64,000 bases of DNA from positions 32,001 to 96,000 of the forward strand of contig CAXXWS020000002.1 of NCBI GenBank assembly GCA_963665325.3, in the 5' to 3' direction. The translations under genes were made by a program, and so were the position numbers. Shown piece after piece: positions 54,874 to 64,000 of this stretch; position 1 is the stretch's first letter; every line of letters begins with the position of its first letter. Below the pieces are notes generated by a model, which was given only the letters and a program-made list of their open reading frames with translations, ran no database searches and had not been told where the DNA came from. Source of the stretch: Alphaproteobacteria bacterium (GTDB lineage Bacteria; Pseudomonadota; Alphaproteobacteria; Bin95).

Positions 54874-55228
54874 AGACCTCTCCGTTCTGCACCTGGACCG
54901 CGACAGGCTCCAGCGCCATGCCGTCATTGCCGGGGTGGCGGCCGGTGCGGATGTCGTATTCGAGCCCGTGCCACGGGCAGACGATATTGACCCGCTCCTC
55001 GTCATAGCGCCGTCCGAGCGAGCGGCGCCCGGCGTCGAGCGCCTCCAGCACCCGATTGTAGATGCGCCCCTGGCAGACCGGGCCGCCCTGGTGCGGGCAG
55101 GTATTGCGCCAGGCGTAGAAGCCGTCGTCGAGGCGGAAGACGCCGACCTCCTCGCCGCCGACCTCGACCACCTTCCTGGCGGGCAGCGGCGCAAACTCCT
55201 CGACCGACCCGACCCTCACCGTCTCCAT
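54860..55228 (-). CDS. Rieske (2Fe-2S) ferredoxin
   Basis: CPHQGGP...CPWHG. Confidence 0.93.
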   Translation of the reverse strand: METVRVGSVEEFAPLPARKVVEVGGEEVGVFRLDDGFYAWRNTCPHQGGPVCQGRIYNRVLEALDAGRRSLGRRYDEERVNIVCPWHGLEYDIRTGRHPGNDGMALEPVAVQVQNGEVYVSL

Positions 55229-55303
55229 CGACCGTCCCCTCGCCAGCACCGGGCGGTAATCTGCCGGAGCCCGGACGCGGCGTCAATTTCGCCGCACTGT
55301 CGG

Positions 55304-56860
55304 TCAGCCGCCCGTCGCCTCCCCGTATGCATCGGCGAACGCCTGCAAGGCGGCGAAGAGTTCGCGGTCGTTGACGATGCGGGGCACCTTGTTCTGTCCG
55401 CCGAGCTTGCCGCGGCTCTTCATCCATGCGGCGAAGCCGCCGGGAGGCATGATGCGCACGCGGGCGGCGTCCAGGCCGTAGCCGTCCGCACGGTGGGCGT
55501 CATAGTCGTCGTTGAGGCGGCAGAGCGTCGCGTCCAGCGTTTCGGCAAAGCGGGCATGCCGCTCGCGGTCGATGCCGCCCTCGCCAAGTTCGGCTCCAAA
55601 CTCGACGATGTAGAGGTGTCCGCCGCGCGCGCCGGCCTCCTCCGGGAAGAGGCTTCCGGCGGCGAAGTCGCTGACCGTCGCGCCGATGTCCCTTGCGGCC
55701 TCCGCCACGGCGCGCTCGACCTCGGCGCCGATCACATGTTCGCCGAACGCGGAGAGCATGTAGCTCGTCCGCCCGGTGACGAGGACGCGCGGCGGGTCGC
55801 GTTCGACCAGGGTCACCGTGTCGCCGATGAGGTAGCGCCAGAGGCCGGCGCATGTCGTCACCGCGAGCGCATAGTTGACGCCCGGCTCCGCGTCGCCGAT
55901 CCAGCGGCAGTCCGGTTCGGCACTGTCGAGTTCGTCGAGCGGAATGAACTCGTAGAAGATTCCCGTATCGAGCAGCAGCCGGAGACCCTCGCCGTCCCCG
56001 CGGTCGGCAATGCCGAAGAATCCCTCGCTTGCCGGATAAACCTCGCGCGTTTCCGCGCCGCTGCCCTCGAGCAGGGCGGCGAAACGGTCGCGGTAGGGCG
56101 CCCAGGCGACGCCTCCGTGCGACAGCATTTCCAATGCGGGATAAATGTCGGCAATCCGGCTCGCACCGCCGGCGATCTCGGCCAGGCGCTCGAAAAAGAT
56201 CAGCAGCCAGCTCGGCGTGCCGGCAACGCCCGAAATCTCTTCGTCCAGGGAGCGCTCCGCAAAGCGGTCGATCTTCTCCTCCCAGTCGGTGATCGTCTCC
56301 AGGTCGTGCGGCGGGAAGTAGCGCAGCCTTGCCCAGCGGGGCATTTCCGCCGCCGCGATGCCGCTCAGGTCGCCGCTGGAGACCCCCGGCGCCTGCCGGA
56401 CCAGCCCGGTCGAACCGCCGAGCATGAAGACACGGCCCGCGAGCAGCCGGGTTTCCGGCCGGTTGGCGACATGGTGGACCATCAACTCGGTGCCCGCGCG
56501 CACATTGGACCGGCGCATTTCTCGGCTGACGGGGATGTATTTCGTCGCGCCGGTCGTCGTGCCGGACGACACGGCGAACCACGGAATGAGCCCCGGCCAG
56601 GTGCAATCGGTCAGGCGGGGGAAGGGGGCGCGCCAGTAGCTTTCCCAGAAGGCATCGTAGTCCCTGAGCGGGACGTGAGAGCGGAAGTCGTCGAGGGACC
56701 ATGCGTCGGAGAACTCGTGGTCGCGCCCGAATTGCGTGCGGCGCGCATGCCGGATCAGGGACGACAGAACGCGGCGCTGCGCCCGTTTCGGGTCCATATG
56801 CTCCAGATGCCGAAGCCGCCGGCGGGCATAGAGGCGGAGAAGCCAGGTCGCGTCGTACAT
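55304..56860 (-). CDS. Bacterial GH3 (acyl-acid amido synthetase-like) family protein
   Basis: SSGTT.G..KYIP, YPASEGF, YEFIP, GLWRYLIGD, GKLGGQNKVPR. Confidence 0.92.
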   Translation of the reverse strand: MYDATWLLRLYARRRLRHLEHMDPKRAQRRVLSSLIRHARRTQFGRDHEFSDAWSLDDFRSHVPLRDYDAFWESYWRAPFPRLTDCTWPGLIPWFAVSSGTTTGATKYIPVSREMRRSNVRAGTELMVHHVANRPETRLLAGRVFMLGGSTGLVRQAPGVSSGDLSGIAAAEMPRWARLRYFPPHDLETITDWEEKIDRFAERSLDEEISGVAGTPSWLLIFFERLAEIAGGASRIADIYPALEMLSHGGVAWAPYRDRFAALLEGSGAETREVYPASEGFFGIADRGDGEGLRLLLDTGIFYEFIPLDELDSAEPDCRWIGDAEPGVNYALAVTTCAGLWRYLIGDTVTLVERDPPRVLVTGRTSYMLSAFGEHVIGAEVERAVAEAARDIGATVSDFAAGSLFPEEAGARGGHLYIVEFGAELGEGGIDRERHARFAETLDATLCRLNDDYDAHRADGYGLDAARVRIMPPGGFAAWMKSRGKLGGQNKVPRIVNDRELFAALQAFADAYGEATGG

Positions 56861-56891
56861 GGTCGGTTGGCGCGCGCCTCCGTTTCCCGGG

Positions 56892-59174
56892 TCAGTTCTC
56901 CAACGACAGCACGTGCGGAAAGTTCGCGCGCACCTCGGAAGGCGTGAGCGGCATGCGCACATATTCGCCCTGGCGCCACAGTTCCCACTGGTCAAGCACG
57001 GTCGAGCTGTTGAACCAGCCGTCCTGCCCGCCCAGCAGTACGAAATAATTCTCGTCCGGGTCGGACAGGTCCGAAATGTGGCGCGCGTTGGACCCGTAAG
57101 TGACGGTATGGCGCTCCGCCGTGGCCCTGTGCGCAGTCTTCATCACCGTTTCCGAGCTTCCGCCGACGCCCGCTTCGGCAAAGCGGTACCGCCCGCCGAT
57201 GAGCGGAATGGCCGACAGAGGATGCGCGAGGCGGAGGCGGTGCATGTCTCCCCAGCCGGAGAAGGTCTCGAGACCGTCCGCAGCCGCACGCAGCCCGGCT
57301 ATCAGCGCCGCGCGCACGGTCTGCTCATCCGCAACCGCGATATCTTCCGCCAGCAGGGCTGTGCCCCGGCGCATCTTCGCGAACGCTTCGCCGTCGTCTT
57401 CCCCGTAGCGAAGGAGGTAGAAGCGTCGGGCGAAACCGTGGCGAAACTGCTCGAACGCGACTGCGCCCAGGGACTCGCGCCGGTACTTGCCGTCCCACCC
57501 GCGCAGCCGGTCGATCGCCTTGGCGCCCTGCGCGTCGGCCGCCGGGCTCAATCCCAGTCCGTCCAGCCTGGAAAGGAAGAGGTCGCGCAACCGGACCGAG
57601 GACGACATGTAAATGTCCTGCTGCAGCGCCTTGAGAGTGTCGATGCCCACCGCAGTTTCGTCCGCGATCAGCGCGGTCATGCGCCGTACCCGATCGTCGG
57701 GCGAGAAGAAGAATCCCACGGGAATGTCCGTCTCCGAGGGACGGTTGTTGGCCGAGACCAGGAAGCCGGTTTCCGGGTTGAGGCTGTAGGGAAGATCAGC
57801 CCCGGTGCGCATCGCGCCCCAGGATGCGTCGGCTGCGGAACCGTCGAGAAAAATATCGGCAGGCGCCGCGCGGCGTGAGGGCAGCCGCACCGCCATGACC
57901 TGGCCGATATTCCCGTCACGGTCCGCATAGAGCATGTTCTGCCCCGGCACGGCGAAGCTGTCGAATGCGGCGCGGAACTCCGGGAAGCTCTTCGCCCGGC
58001 TTGCCGCGAGCATGGCGCCGATCTCGTCACTTGCGCTGTGCCCGGTCCATTTCAGTGCGAGCGGCGGCAGGTCGTATTTCGCGAGAAGCGGCGCGTCGGT
58101 CACGATCGGCCCCAGGCGGGTCTCGCGGACGGTCGCCTCCGTGTCGAACCACCAGCGCACGCCGATCCGCTCGCGCCGCTCCGCTATCTCCGACGCCGGC
58201 ATGTCCTTCACATCGTAGAGATCGCTGGAGGCCGCGCGCATGTTCGTGCCGCCCCAGGCGATGTGCGGATTGCGGCCGATGGCGAAGATCGGCAGGCCCG
58301 GCGCCATCAGACCGACCGCGCGATAGGAAGGCGAGTGCACGCCCGCGATCAGCCAGACGCCCGGAACGAAAATGCCGAGATGGGGATCGTTGGCGATGAG
58401 TGCGCCGCCGGTGGTGCTGCGTTGCCCCGACACGGCGACGCTGTTGCTGCCCGACCTGGGGACTCCGGCGAGCCACGAGGGCACCGCGGCCGTCTGTAGG
58501 GGGCCGCCGAAACTGGCAAACGACGTGCCGCCCTCCTTCACGAGACGCGCCCAGATTTCAGGCCAGTCGGGCCGCGCGCGGAGCGGCAGGAGATCGGCCC
58601 AGACCAGCCAGTTCACGTCGGTGCCGCCGAGACGCCCGATGGCCAGGACGTCGGCAACGGTCCAGGTCTCGGGCTCCAGGCCCAGAATGCCGAAATCGTG
58701 CGGCAACTCGGCGGCGGTGTCCTGGTAATGGTTGATGCCATCCACGAAACGCCGGACCCAGAGCAGGGCGGCTTCGTCCATGGTCCGCTCGATCTCCGCT
58801 GCGGCGCGGCTGTAGGAGAGGGTGCGCAGGCCGCGGTCGATGTCGATGCCCATGGGGCCGATCATCTCGGACACCCGCCCCCGCGCGAGCATGCGCGCCG
58901 TCGCCATCTGTCCGAGCCTGAGATGCGCGTGCACGAGGCCCAGCGCGAACGCCGCATCACTGTCGCTGTCCGCCTCGATGAAGGGAATCTGCCGCTCGTT
59001 CCAGCGGATCGTCACGCGCCCTTCCAGCGGCAGGCCGCGTGTGGGGAACGCTTCAAGACGCGCAGGGACGCCCTTCGGCTTCGGCAATGGCGCGAGCAGC
59101 GCACAGGCCGAGAGCGCGAGCGCCGCCGCGCCGACGGCAAGCCCGGCGGCGATGGAGGAGAACTTGGACGGCAT
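56892..59174 (-). CDS. Penicillin acylase family (Ntn hydrolase) lipoprotein
   Basis: Lipobox LSAC; GSNS autoproteolytic site, ANDPHL, QNMLYAD, SANN. Confidence 0.92.
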   Translation of the reverse strand: MPSKFSSIAAGLAVGAAALALSACALLAPLPKPKGVPARLEAFPTRGLPLEGRVTIRWNERQIPFIEADSDSDAAFALGLVHAHLRLGQMATARMLARGRVSEMIGPMGIDIDRGLRTLSYSRAAAEIERTMDEAALLWVRRFVDGINHYQDTAAELPHDFGILGLEPETWTVADVLAIGRLGGTDVNWLVWADLLPLRARPDWPEIWARLVKEGGTSFASFGGPLQTAAVPSWLAGVPRSGSNSVAVSGQRSTTGGALIANDPHLGIFVPGVWLIAGVHSPSYRAVGLMAPGLPIFAIGRNPHIAWGGTNMRAASSDLYDVKDMPASEIAERRERIGVRWWFDTEATVRETRLGPIVTDAPLLAKYDLPPLALKWTGHSASDEIGAMLAASRAKSFPEFRAAFDSFAVPGQNMLYADRDGNIGQVMAVRLPSRRAAPADIFLDGSAADASWGAMRTGADLPYSLNPETGFLVSANNRPSETDIPVGFFFSPDDRVRRMTALIADETAVGIDTLKALQQDIYMSSSVRLRDLFLSRLDGLGLSPAADAQGAKAIDRLRGWDGKYRRESLGAVAFEQFRHGFARRFYLLRYGEDDGEAFAKMRRGTALLAEDIAVADEQTVRAALIAGLRAAADGLETFSGWGDMHRLRLAHPLSAIPLIGGRYRFAEAGVGGSSETVMKTAHRATAERHTVTYGSNARHISDLSDPDENYFVLLGGQDGWFNSSTVLDQWELWRQGEYVRMPLTPSEVRANFPHVLSLEN

Positions 59175-59234
59175 CCGGTCCTCCAGTCAGCGCAGGGCGC
59201 GCGACCGAAGCACTGTCGTTCGCCTGCCCGCCGG

Positions 59235-60659
59235 TCAGCCCCCGCAGAGCGCGGCGTCGAGTTCCTTGAGGTCGGGGGCGCGGTCGAGGGTCATGACGGC
59301 CTCGAAGATGCGCTCCACGCGCTCCGGGTCGACGGCGCGTGCGGCGTTGTCGCGGAACTTGTCGCAGATGTCCTCGGCCGAGAGCGGGTTGGCATCCGAG
59401 CCGCGGTTGACCGACTCGCGGTGGCGGAGCTCCCGCCCGTCGCGGGTGCGGACCCTGATCTCGCCGGAATAGTAGCGCGGGAAGGCCGACTCGGGATCGA
59501 TCTCGAAGCCCACCCGGTCCGCCAGCGCCAGCACCTCAGGGTCCGAGATCGCGTTCGGGTCGATCTCATCGAGCGTGAAGCGCCCGTGCGTCAGTGCCGC
59601 CGCGATGGTGTAGTGCATCGAGAACTGGGCGTCGTAGCTGTTCTGCGGGCGCTTCTTAGTCTCCTCCGGACGGCAGACGACATTGGCCTGCGCGTCGGCG
59701 ATGTAGCCTGTGATGCTGTCCACATCGTCGGGCCGGAGCCCGTGCTCGCGCCGGAGCGCCAGCGCCGCATCGGCGAAGGCGTGGTTGAAATGGCAGGCGG
59801 GGTAGGGCTTGAAGGCCACATTCTCCAGCTCCCAGACCTCGCCCAGAGCGGCCGTCGCCATGTCGAGGCGCGCCTCGTGGTCCGCGCCGAGATGCAGGTT
59901 GTAGAGGCCGTAGCGGCCCTCATAGGGTGCGCTCGGGCCCTGGAAGCCGCCGCCGGCGAGCGCGGTGGCGGTGATGCCCGCCACGGCCGCCCAGCCTGGA
60001 TGCATGCGCTTGGTCCAGGCGCCGTCGGAGAGGAACTCCAGGCTGCCGGCGGCCATGGAGAGCGCGATGCCCTGCGCCATCGCCGCCTCGCGCTCCGACA
60101 GGCCGGCGAGGCGGGCGGCCGTCAGAGCCGCGCCGAATGCGCCGACAAGGCCGGTCGGGTGGTGGCCGCGCACATGGAAGCCGCCCTGCGCCGCTTGTCC
60201 GATCCGCGACGACGCTTCGACGCCGACGAGATAGGCCGCCAGCAAATCCCGGCCCGAAGCTCCGGACGCGAAGCCCTGCGCCAGCGCGGCGACGAGGGCC
60301 GAGGCCGAGGCATGGACCACGCCGTCGGAGTGCGTGTCGTCGTAGTCGAGGCCGTGGACCAGCACCCCGTTGACCAGTGCGGCATCGCGCATCGGCAGGC
60401 GGACATCCGTGCCGATCACGGGCGATGGGCCCTCGCCGGCGAGCCCGCGCATGGAGTCAAGCGTCTTGCGGCCGAAATCGTAGCCGGTCGAGGCGAGCGC
60501 GATGCCGATGCAGTCGAGAATGTGAAGGCGAGCGCGCTCCATCACCCGGTTGGGAACCGCCCGGTCGTCGAGCCCGCAGGCGAATTCCGCCAGCATGGCG
60601 GCTATCGGCCGGTTCGCTGCTGCCGTTCCGTCGCTTACTGCCGTCTGGAGCCCGTCCAT
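59235..60659 (-). CDS. MmgE/PrpD family protein
   Basis: HGLDYDDTH, HPTG, KRMHPGWAA, KPYPACH, AQFS. Confidence 0.93.
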   Translation of the reverse strand: MDGLQTAVSDGTAAANRPIAAMLAEFACGLDDRAVPNRVMERARLHILDCIGIALASTGYDFGRKTLDSMRGLAGEGPSPVIGTDVRLPMRDAALVNGVLVHGLDYDDTHSDGVVHASASALVAALAQGFASGASGRDLLAAYLVGVEASSRIGQAAQGGFHVRGHHPTGLVGAFGAALTAARLAGLSEREAAMAQGIALSMAAGSLEFLSDGAWTKRMHPGWAAVAGITATALAGGGFQGPSAPYEGRYGLYNLHLGADHEARLDMATAALGEVWELENVAFKPYPACHFNHAFADAALALRREHGLRPDDVDSITGYIADAQANVVCRPEETKKRPQNSYDAQFSMHYTIAAALTHGRFTLDEIDPNAISDPEVLALADRVGFEIDPESAFPRYYSGEIRVRTRDGRELRHRESVNRGSDANPLSAEDICDKFRDNAARAVDPERVERIFEAVMTLDRAPDLKELDAALCGG

Positions 60660-60765
60660 GTTCCTGTCCTCGCCTCGATAGACCTGTCTTCGACGGCAAT
60701 CATAGCCCGGCGGGCCAATTGCCGCTATTCCAGTCCCTCTGCGTTCCCGCCGGAATGGATTCCCC

Positions 60766-61656
60766 TTGCCGCCGCGCCATCGCCCGTCCCTCGGTATCCC
60801 GCTCATGCTCGCCGCCATGGTCGGCATCACGGCCGTCGATGCCATCGCCAAGCATGTGGCGTCGAGCCTGAGCGGCGTGCAGGTTGCGTGGGGCTATTTC
60901 ACCTTCATCACGGTGACACTCACCACCGGTTTCCTCATTGCCCGCGTCCCGCCCCGGCGCTGGCTGCGCACTCGCAATCCCGGCTTGCAGGCATTGCGTG
61001 CGTGTTGCCTGGTGGGTTCGCTCTCCATGCTGTTCGTGGGCCTGCAATATCTGGCGCTGGCCGATGCGACGGTCATCAGCTTCGCCGCGCCGCTCTTTCT
61101 GACCGCGCTGTCATGGCCGGTGCTCAAGGAACGGGTCGGGCCGCACCGCTGGGCGGCGGTGCTGCTCGGCTGGGCCGGCGTCATCGTCGTCATCCGTCCG
61201 GGCCTCGGCGTCGTCCATTGGGCGGCGGTGCTGCCGCTCATCGGCGCGGTCTTCTTTGCAGGTTTCCAGCTTGTCACGCGCATCATCACGGCGCGCGACG
61301 ACCACCTGGCGACGCTGTTCTACACCTCGGCGGGCGGCGCGTTATTGCTCACCGCGGCCATGCCAGTTTTCTGGCAGTGGCCCGCCCCGGAGACATGGGC
61401 CTGGATGGCCGTGTCGGGCGCTATCGGCGCGGGTGCGCATTTCCTCATGATCAACGCCTTTGCCGTCACCGAGGCATCGTTGCTCGCACCCTTCAACTAT
61501 TCGCGCATTTTCTGGGCCTTGCTGATCGGGTGGTTCGCCTTCCAGGACCTGCCGGATACAGCGACGCTCGCCGGCGGCGGGCTGATCGTCGCCTCAGGCC
61601 TCTACGTCTTCTGGCGCGAGCAGGTCACACACCGTCGAGCGCATCCTCGACCATGA
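60766..61656 (+). CDS. EamA/DMT family transporter
   Basis: Ten-TM pattern, LKERVGPHRW, IRPG, ASLLAPFNY. Confidence 0.9.
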   Translation: MPPRHRPSLGIPLMLAAMVGITAVDAIAKHVASSLSGVQVAWGYFTFITVTLTTGFLIARVPPRRWLRTRNPGLQALRACCLVGSLSMLFVGLQYLALADATVISFAAPLFLTALSWPVLKERVGPHRWAAVLLGWAGVIVVIRPGLGVVHWAAVLPLIGAVFFAGFQLVTRIITARDDHLATLFYTSAGGALLLTAAMPVFWQWPAPETWAWMAVSGAIGAGAHFLMINAFAVTEASLLAPFNYSRIFWALLIGWFAFQDLPDTATLAGGGLIVASGLYVFWREQVTHRRAHPRP

Positions 61657-61705
61657 CATACCGGGTTTGCGCATCTTCCACTTCGTGAAGGCGTAGATCC
61701 GGCGC

Positions 61706-62803
61706 TCAGTCGAAGGTGAGCACGCTGCGGGCTACCTCGCCTGCCTGCAGCGCGTCGTAGGCCTCGTTGATCTGCTCCAGCGGGTAGGACCGGCTGATCA
61801 GCTCGTCGATCTTCAACCGGCCGCGCATGTACATGTCCGCGAGCCTGGGGAGATCGACCCACGGCCGCGCGGACCCGTACCACGAACCGATGATGGCGCG
61901 TTCGGTGCGCGGTATCGACAACGCATTGAATTCCAGCACGTCGTCTTCGGGCGCCATCCCCACGATCACCGTGGTTCCGCCCAGGCGGCACATCTCATAG
62001 GCTTGCTGTATCGCCTGCGGGTTGCCGATCGCCTCGAAGGCGAAGTCGACGCCGCCGCCCGTCATCTCCCTCACGCGCTCAGCGGCATCGCCGTTGCCGG
62101 CATTGATCGTGTCCGTCGCGCCGAACAGGCGGGCATATTCCAGCTTGTTGTCCAGGAGATCGATGGCGATCACGCGATCCGCGCCGGCCAGCGCCGCACC
62201 CTGCACCGCGTTCAGGCCGACACCGCCGCAGCCGATGACGGCGACGGTCTCGCCGGGCCTGACGCGGGCCGTATTTGCGACCGCGCCGACGCCGGTCATG
62301 ACCGCGCAACCGATAAGGCAGGCCCGGTCCAGCGGCATGTCCTTGCGCACCGGCACAGCGCCCGACTCGGGCACGACGGCGTATTCGGCGAAGCACGACA
62401 CTCGCGCCATATGGTGAATGTCCGCCCCGTGACGGTGGAGGCGAACGGTGCCGTCAAACATGGCCGAACGCGGCGTATCGATGCCGTCGCACAGCACGGG
62501 ACGCCCGACCACGCAGTAGTGGCAGTGGCCGCAGTTGGCGCGGAAATTCAGGATCACATGGTCGCCCGGCTTCACGCGGGTCACGCCGGCGCCCACCTTT
62601 TCGACGATTCCCGCGCCTTCATGGCCGAGCACCGCAGGCAGCGGCGTCGTCCACTCGCCCTTGATCAGGTGCAGGTCGGAGTGGCACACGCCGGCCGCGC
62701 CGATGCGAACCAGCACTTCTCCGTCGCTGGGATCGTCGAGCTCGACGGTCTGCACTTCCATCGGTTTGTTGGGTTCGTAAAGAACCGCCGCTTTCATCTC
62801 CAT
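61706..62803 (-). CDS. Zn-dependent alcohol dehydrogenase (class III-like)
   Basis: GVCHSD, GHEGAG, CGHCHYC......C, GCGGVG. Confidence 0.94.
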   Translation of the reverse strand: MEMKAAVLYEPNKPMEVQTVELDDPSDGEVLVRIGAAGVCHSDLHLIKGEWTTPLPAVLGHEGAGIVEKVGAGVTRVKPGDHVILNFRANCGHCHYCVVGRPVLCDGIDTPRSAMFDGTVRLHRHGADIHHMARVSCFAEYAVVPESGAVPVRKDMPLDRACLIGCAVMTGVGAVANTARVRPGETVAVIGCGGVGLNAVQGAALAGADRVIAIDLLDNKLEYARLFGATDTINAGNGDAAERVREMTGGGVDFAFEAIGNPQAIQQAYEMCRLGGTTVIVGMAPEDDVLEFNALSIPRTERAIIGSWYGSARPWVDLPRLADMYMRGRLKIDELISRSYPLEQINEAYDALQAGEVARSVLTFD

Positions 62804-62850
62804 AAGAACTTCCTCCTGGCCCCGAAAGCCGGGGCGGTTCGTCGTTGCGG

Positions 62851-63039
62851 CTAGTGTCGCGAAGGCGGGAGCGGTCGTGGCCGGATCGAAAGGGCGCCCA
62901 ATTCGCCGGCCCGTACCTTTTCTCCCCTTGCCAGCGCCCGGCAAATCTCCTTGAACAGGCTGTCGACCGCAGCCCCCGCCGCCGTCCTGTCCAGTCCTGT
63001 ATTGGCGGCGACGCGCGCAACCAGTTCGGACCTCGTCAT
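62851..63039 (-). pseudogene. Truncated HU/IHF-family DNA-binding protein (62 aa)
   Basis: MTRSELVARVAANTGL...AVDSLFKEICRALARGEKV...LGALSIR matches HU N-terminal half; RNPxTG arm absent, early TAG. Confidence 0.7.
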
Positions 63040-63188
63040 TCGTTCGCTCCCGGTTTCGCGGCGGCGTTCCCGTCGCGGCCAGAGTAGCGAGTCCGATCCC
63101 GCGATGCGATAATTCCGGGAGCGAATGCTGTCGGCGGTGGCGGAACGAGCGTCGCCTCGGCGCCCCATCCGCCCGAACGGGTCATGCT

Positions 63189-63998
63189 CTAGCGGCACAT
63201 GGCGTTGGCGGATTTCCTTGTCGCTTTGTGAAGCGGCTTCTTTTCCGTCAGCGTTTCGAGAAAGGCGACGAGATCGGCCTGTTCGCGCGCGCCGAGGTCC
63301 AGGCGGCGCAGTATCCGTTCGCCTCCGGCGTGCAGCCGCTCCTCGTCGAGCGTCGAGTAATGGCGGACGACGTCGGCGAGCGTTCCGAGGCTGCCGGCAT
63401 GCATATAGGGCGCGGTGAGCGCGACGTTGCGCAGGCCCGGCACCCGGAACTCGCCGAAATTGCTCTGGCGCAGGCGGACGTGGCGGGTCTTGGCGGCGGT
63501 GGAGCGTTGCGCGTCGTCGTTGAAGGAGCCCAGCAGGGTGTACGGGCTCCGGCGGAGTTTGCGGATACCGCCCAGCCGGCCCGAATCGACGCGGCCGGGC
63601 TCGATAAAATGCGGCACGCCGGCATCGGCGAACTCGCCATTGGTAAAGGCCGGGCCAAAATGGCAGAAGGCGCAATTGCCCCGGCCGATAAACAGGCCAA
63701 GGCCGCGCCTGGCGGCGGCGGGATAGCGGGCCATGCCGGCGGCGTCGCCCAGCGCGAGCGCGTCGCGGAACTCGTCGAAGAGCGTGCGGCCGGTGACCTG
63801 CGTTTCCAGGAACGCCGCGAGCGCCTTGCCGAGATCGACGAAAACCCGTTTGTCGTCTGCGTCGGGCGCTGCGCCGAAAGCGCGCCGGTAGCCGCAGGAA
63901 AGCTCGCGGTCGGAGCGGACCAGCTGCGCCGCGCCGCCTGGGCCGACGCCCATTTCGCGCCGGTCGAGCAGCGGCCTGAGGTTTTGCGCCCAAAGCGT
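63189..63998 (-). CDS. Di-heme cytochrome c peroxidase/MauG family, C-terminal part (5' end outside window)
   Basis: RGLGLF.GRGNCAFCH.GP.FT, FRVPGLRNVALTAPYMHAGS, DLVAFL.TL. Confidence 0.92.
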   Translation of the reverse strand, partial: TLWAQNLRPLLDRREMGVGPGGAAQLVRSDRELSCGYRRAFGAAPDADDKRVFVDLGKALAAFLETQVTGRTLFDEFRDALALGDAAGMARYPAAARRGLGLFIGRGNCAFCHFGPAFTNGEFADAGVPHFIEPGRVDSGRLGGIRKLRRSPYTLLGSFNDDAQRSTAAKTRHVRLRQSNFGEFRVPGLRNVALTAPYMHAGSLGTLADVVRHYSTLDEERLHAGGERILRRLDLGAREQADLVAFLETLTEKKPLHKATRKSANAMCR

Positions 63999-64000
63999 GT

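Overview
GC-rich alphaproteobacterial (Rhodospirillales-like) chromosomal segment. It is mostly housekeeping and nutrient-scavenging genes: carB-greA, glnK-amtB, a UbiH-family hydroxylase, split metH, leuA, argD-argF-hslO, purine and polyamine-type ABC transporters, guaD, a BVMO, a GH3 protein, a penicillin acylase and others. Signals missed by the ORF track: (1) a dispersed intergenic element family present four times (about 25.3-25.8, 33.2-33.7, 34.3-34.5 and, reversed, 50.9-52.3 kb), built as promoter, conserved hairpin leader, RBS/ORF and a terminal array of CATGACA heptamers at exactly 10-bp period; the longest copy encodes an orphan terminase-small-subunit-like protein behind a perfect alphaproteobacterial LexA box; (2) a UxxC selenoprotein of the AhpC/TSA family with an in-frame UGA and a SECIS-like hairpin; (3) a Leu-rich leader peptide upstream of leuA; (4) a multibranch 5'UTR structure before a small Cys-rich secreted protein; (5) an IS3 remnant and a truncated HU. 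All calls come from reading the sequence and motifs by eye, and no database searches were run.
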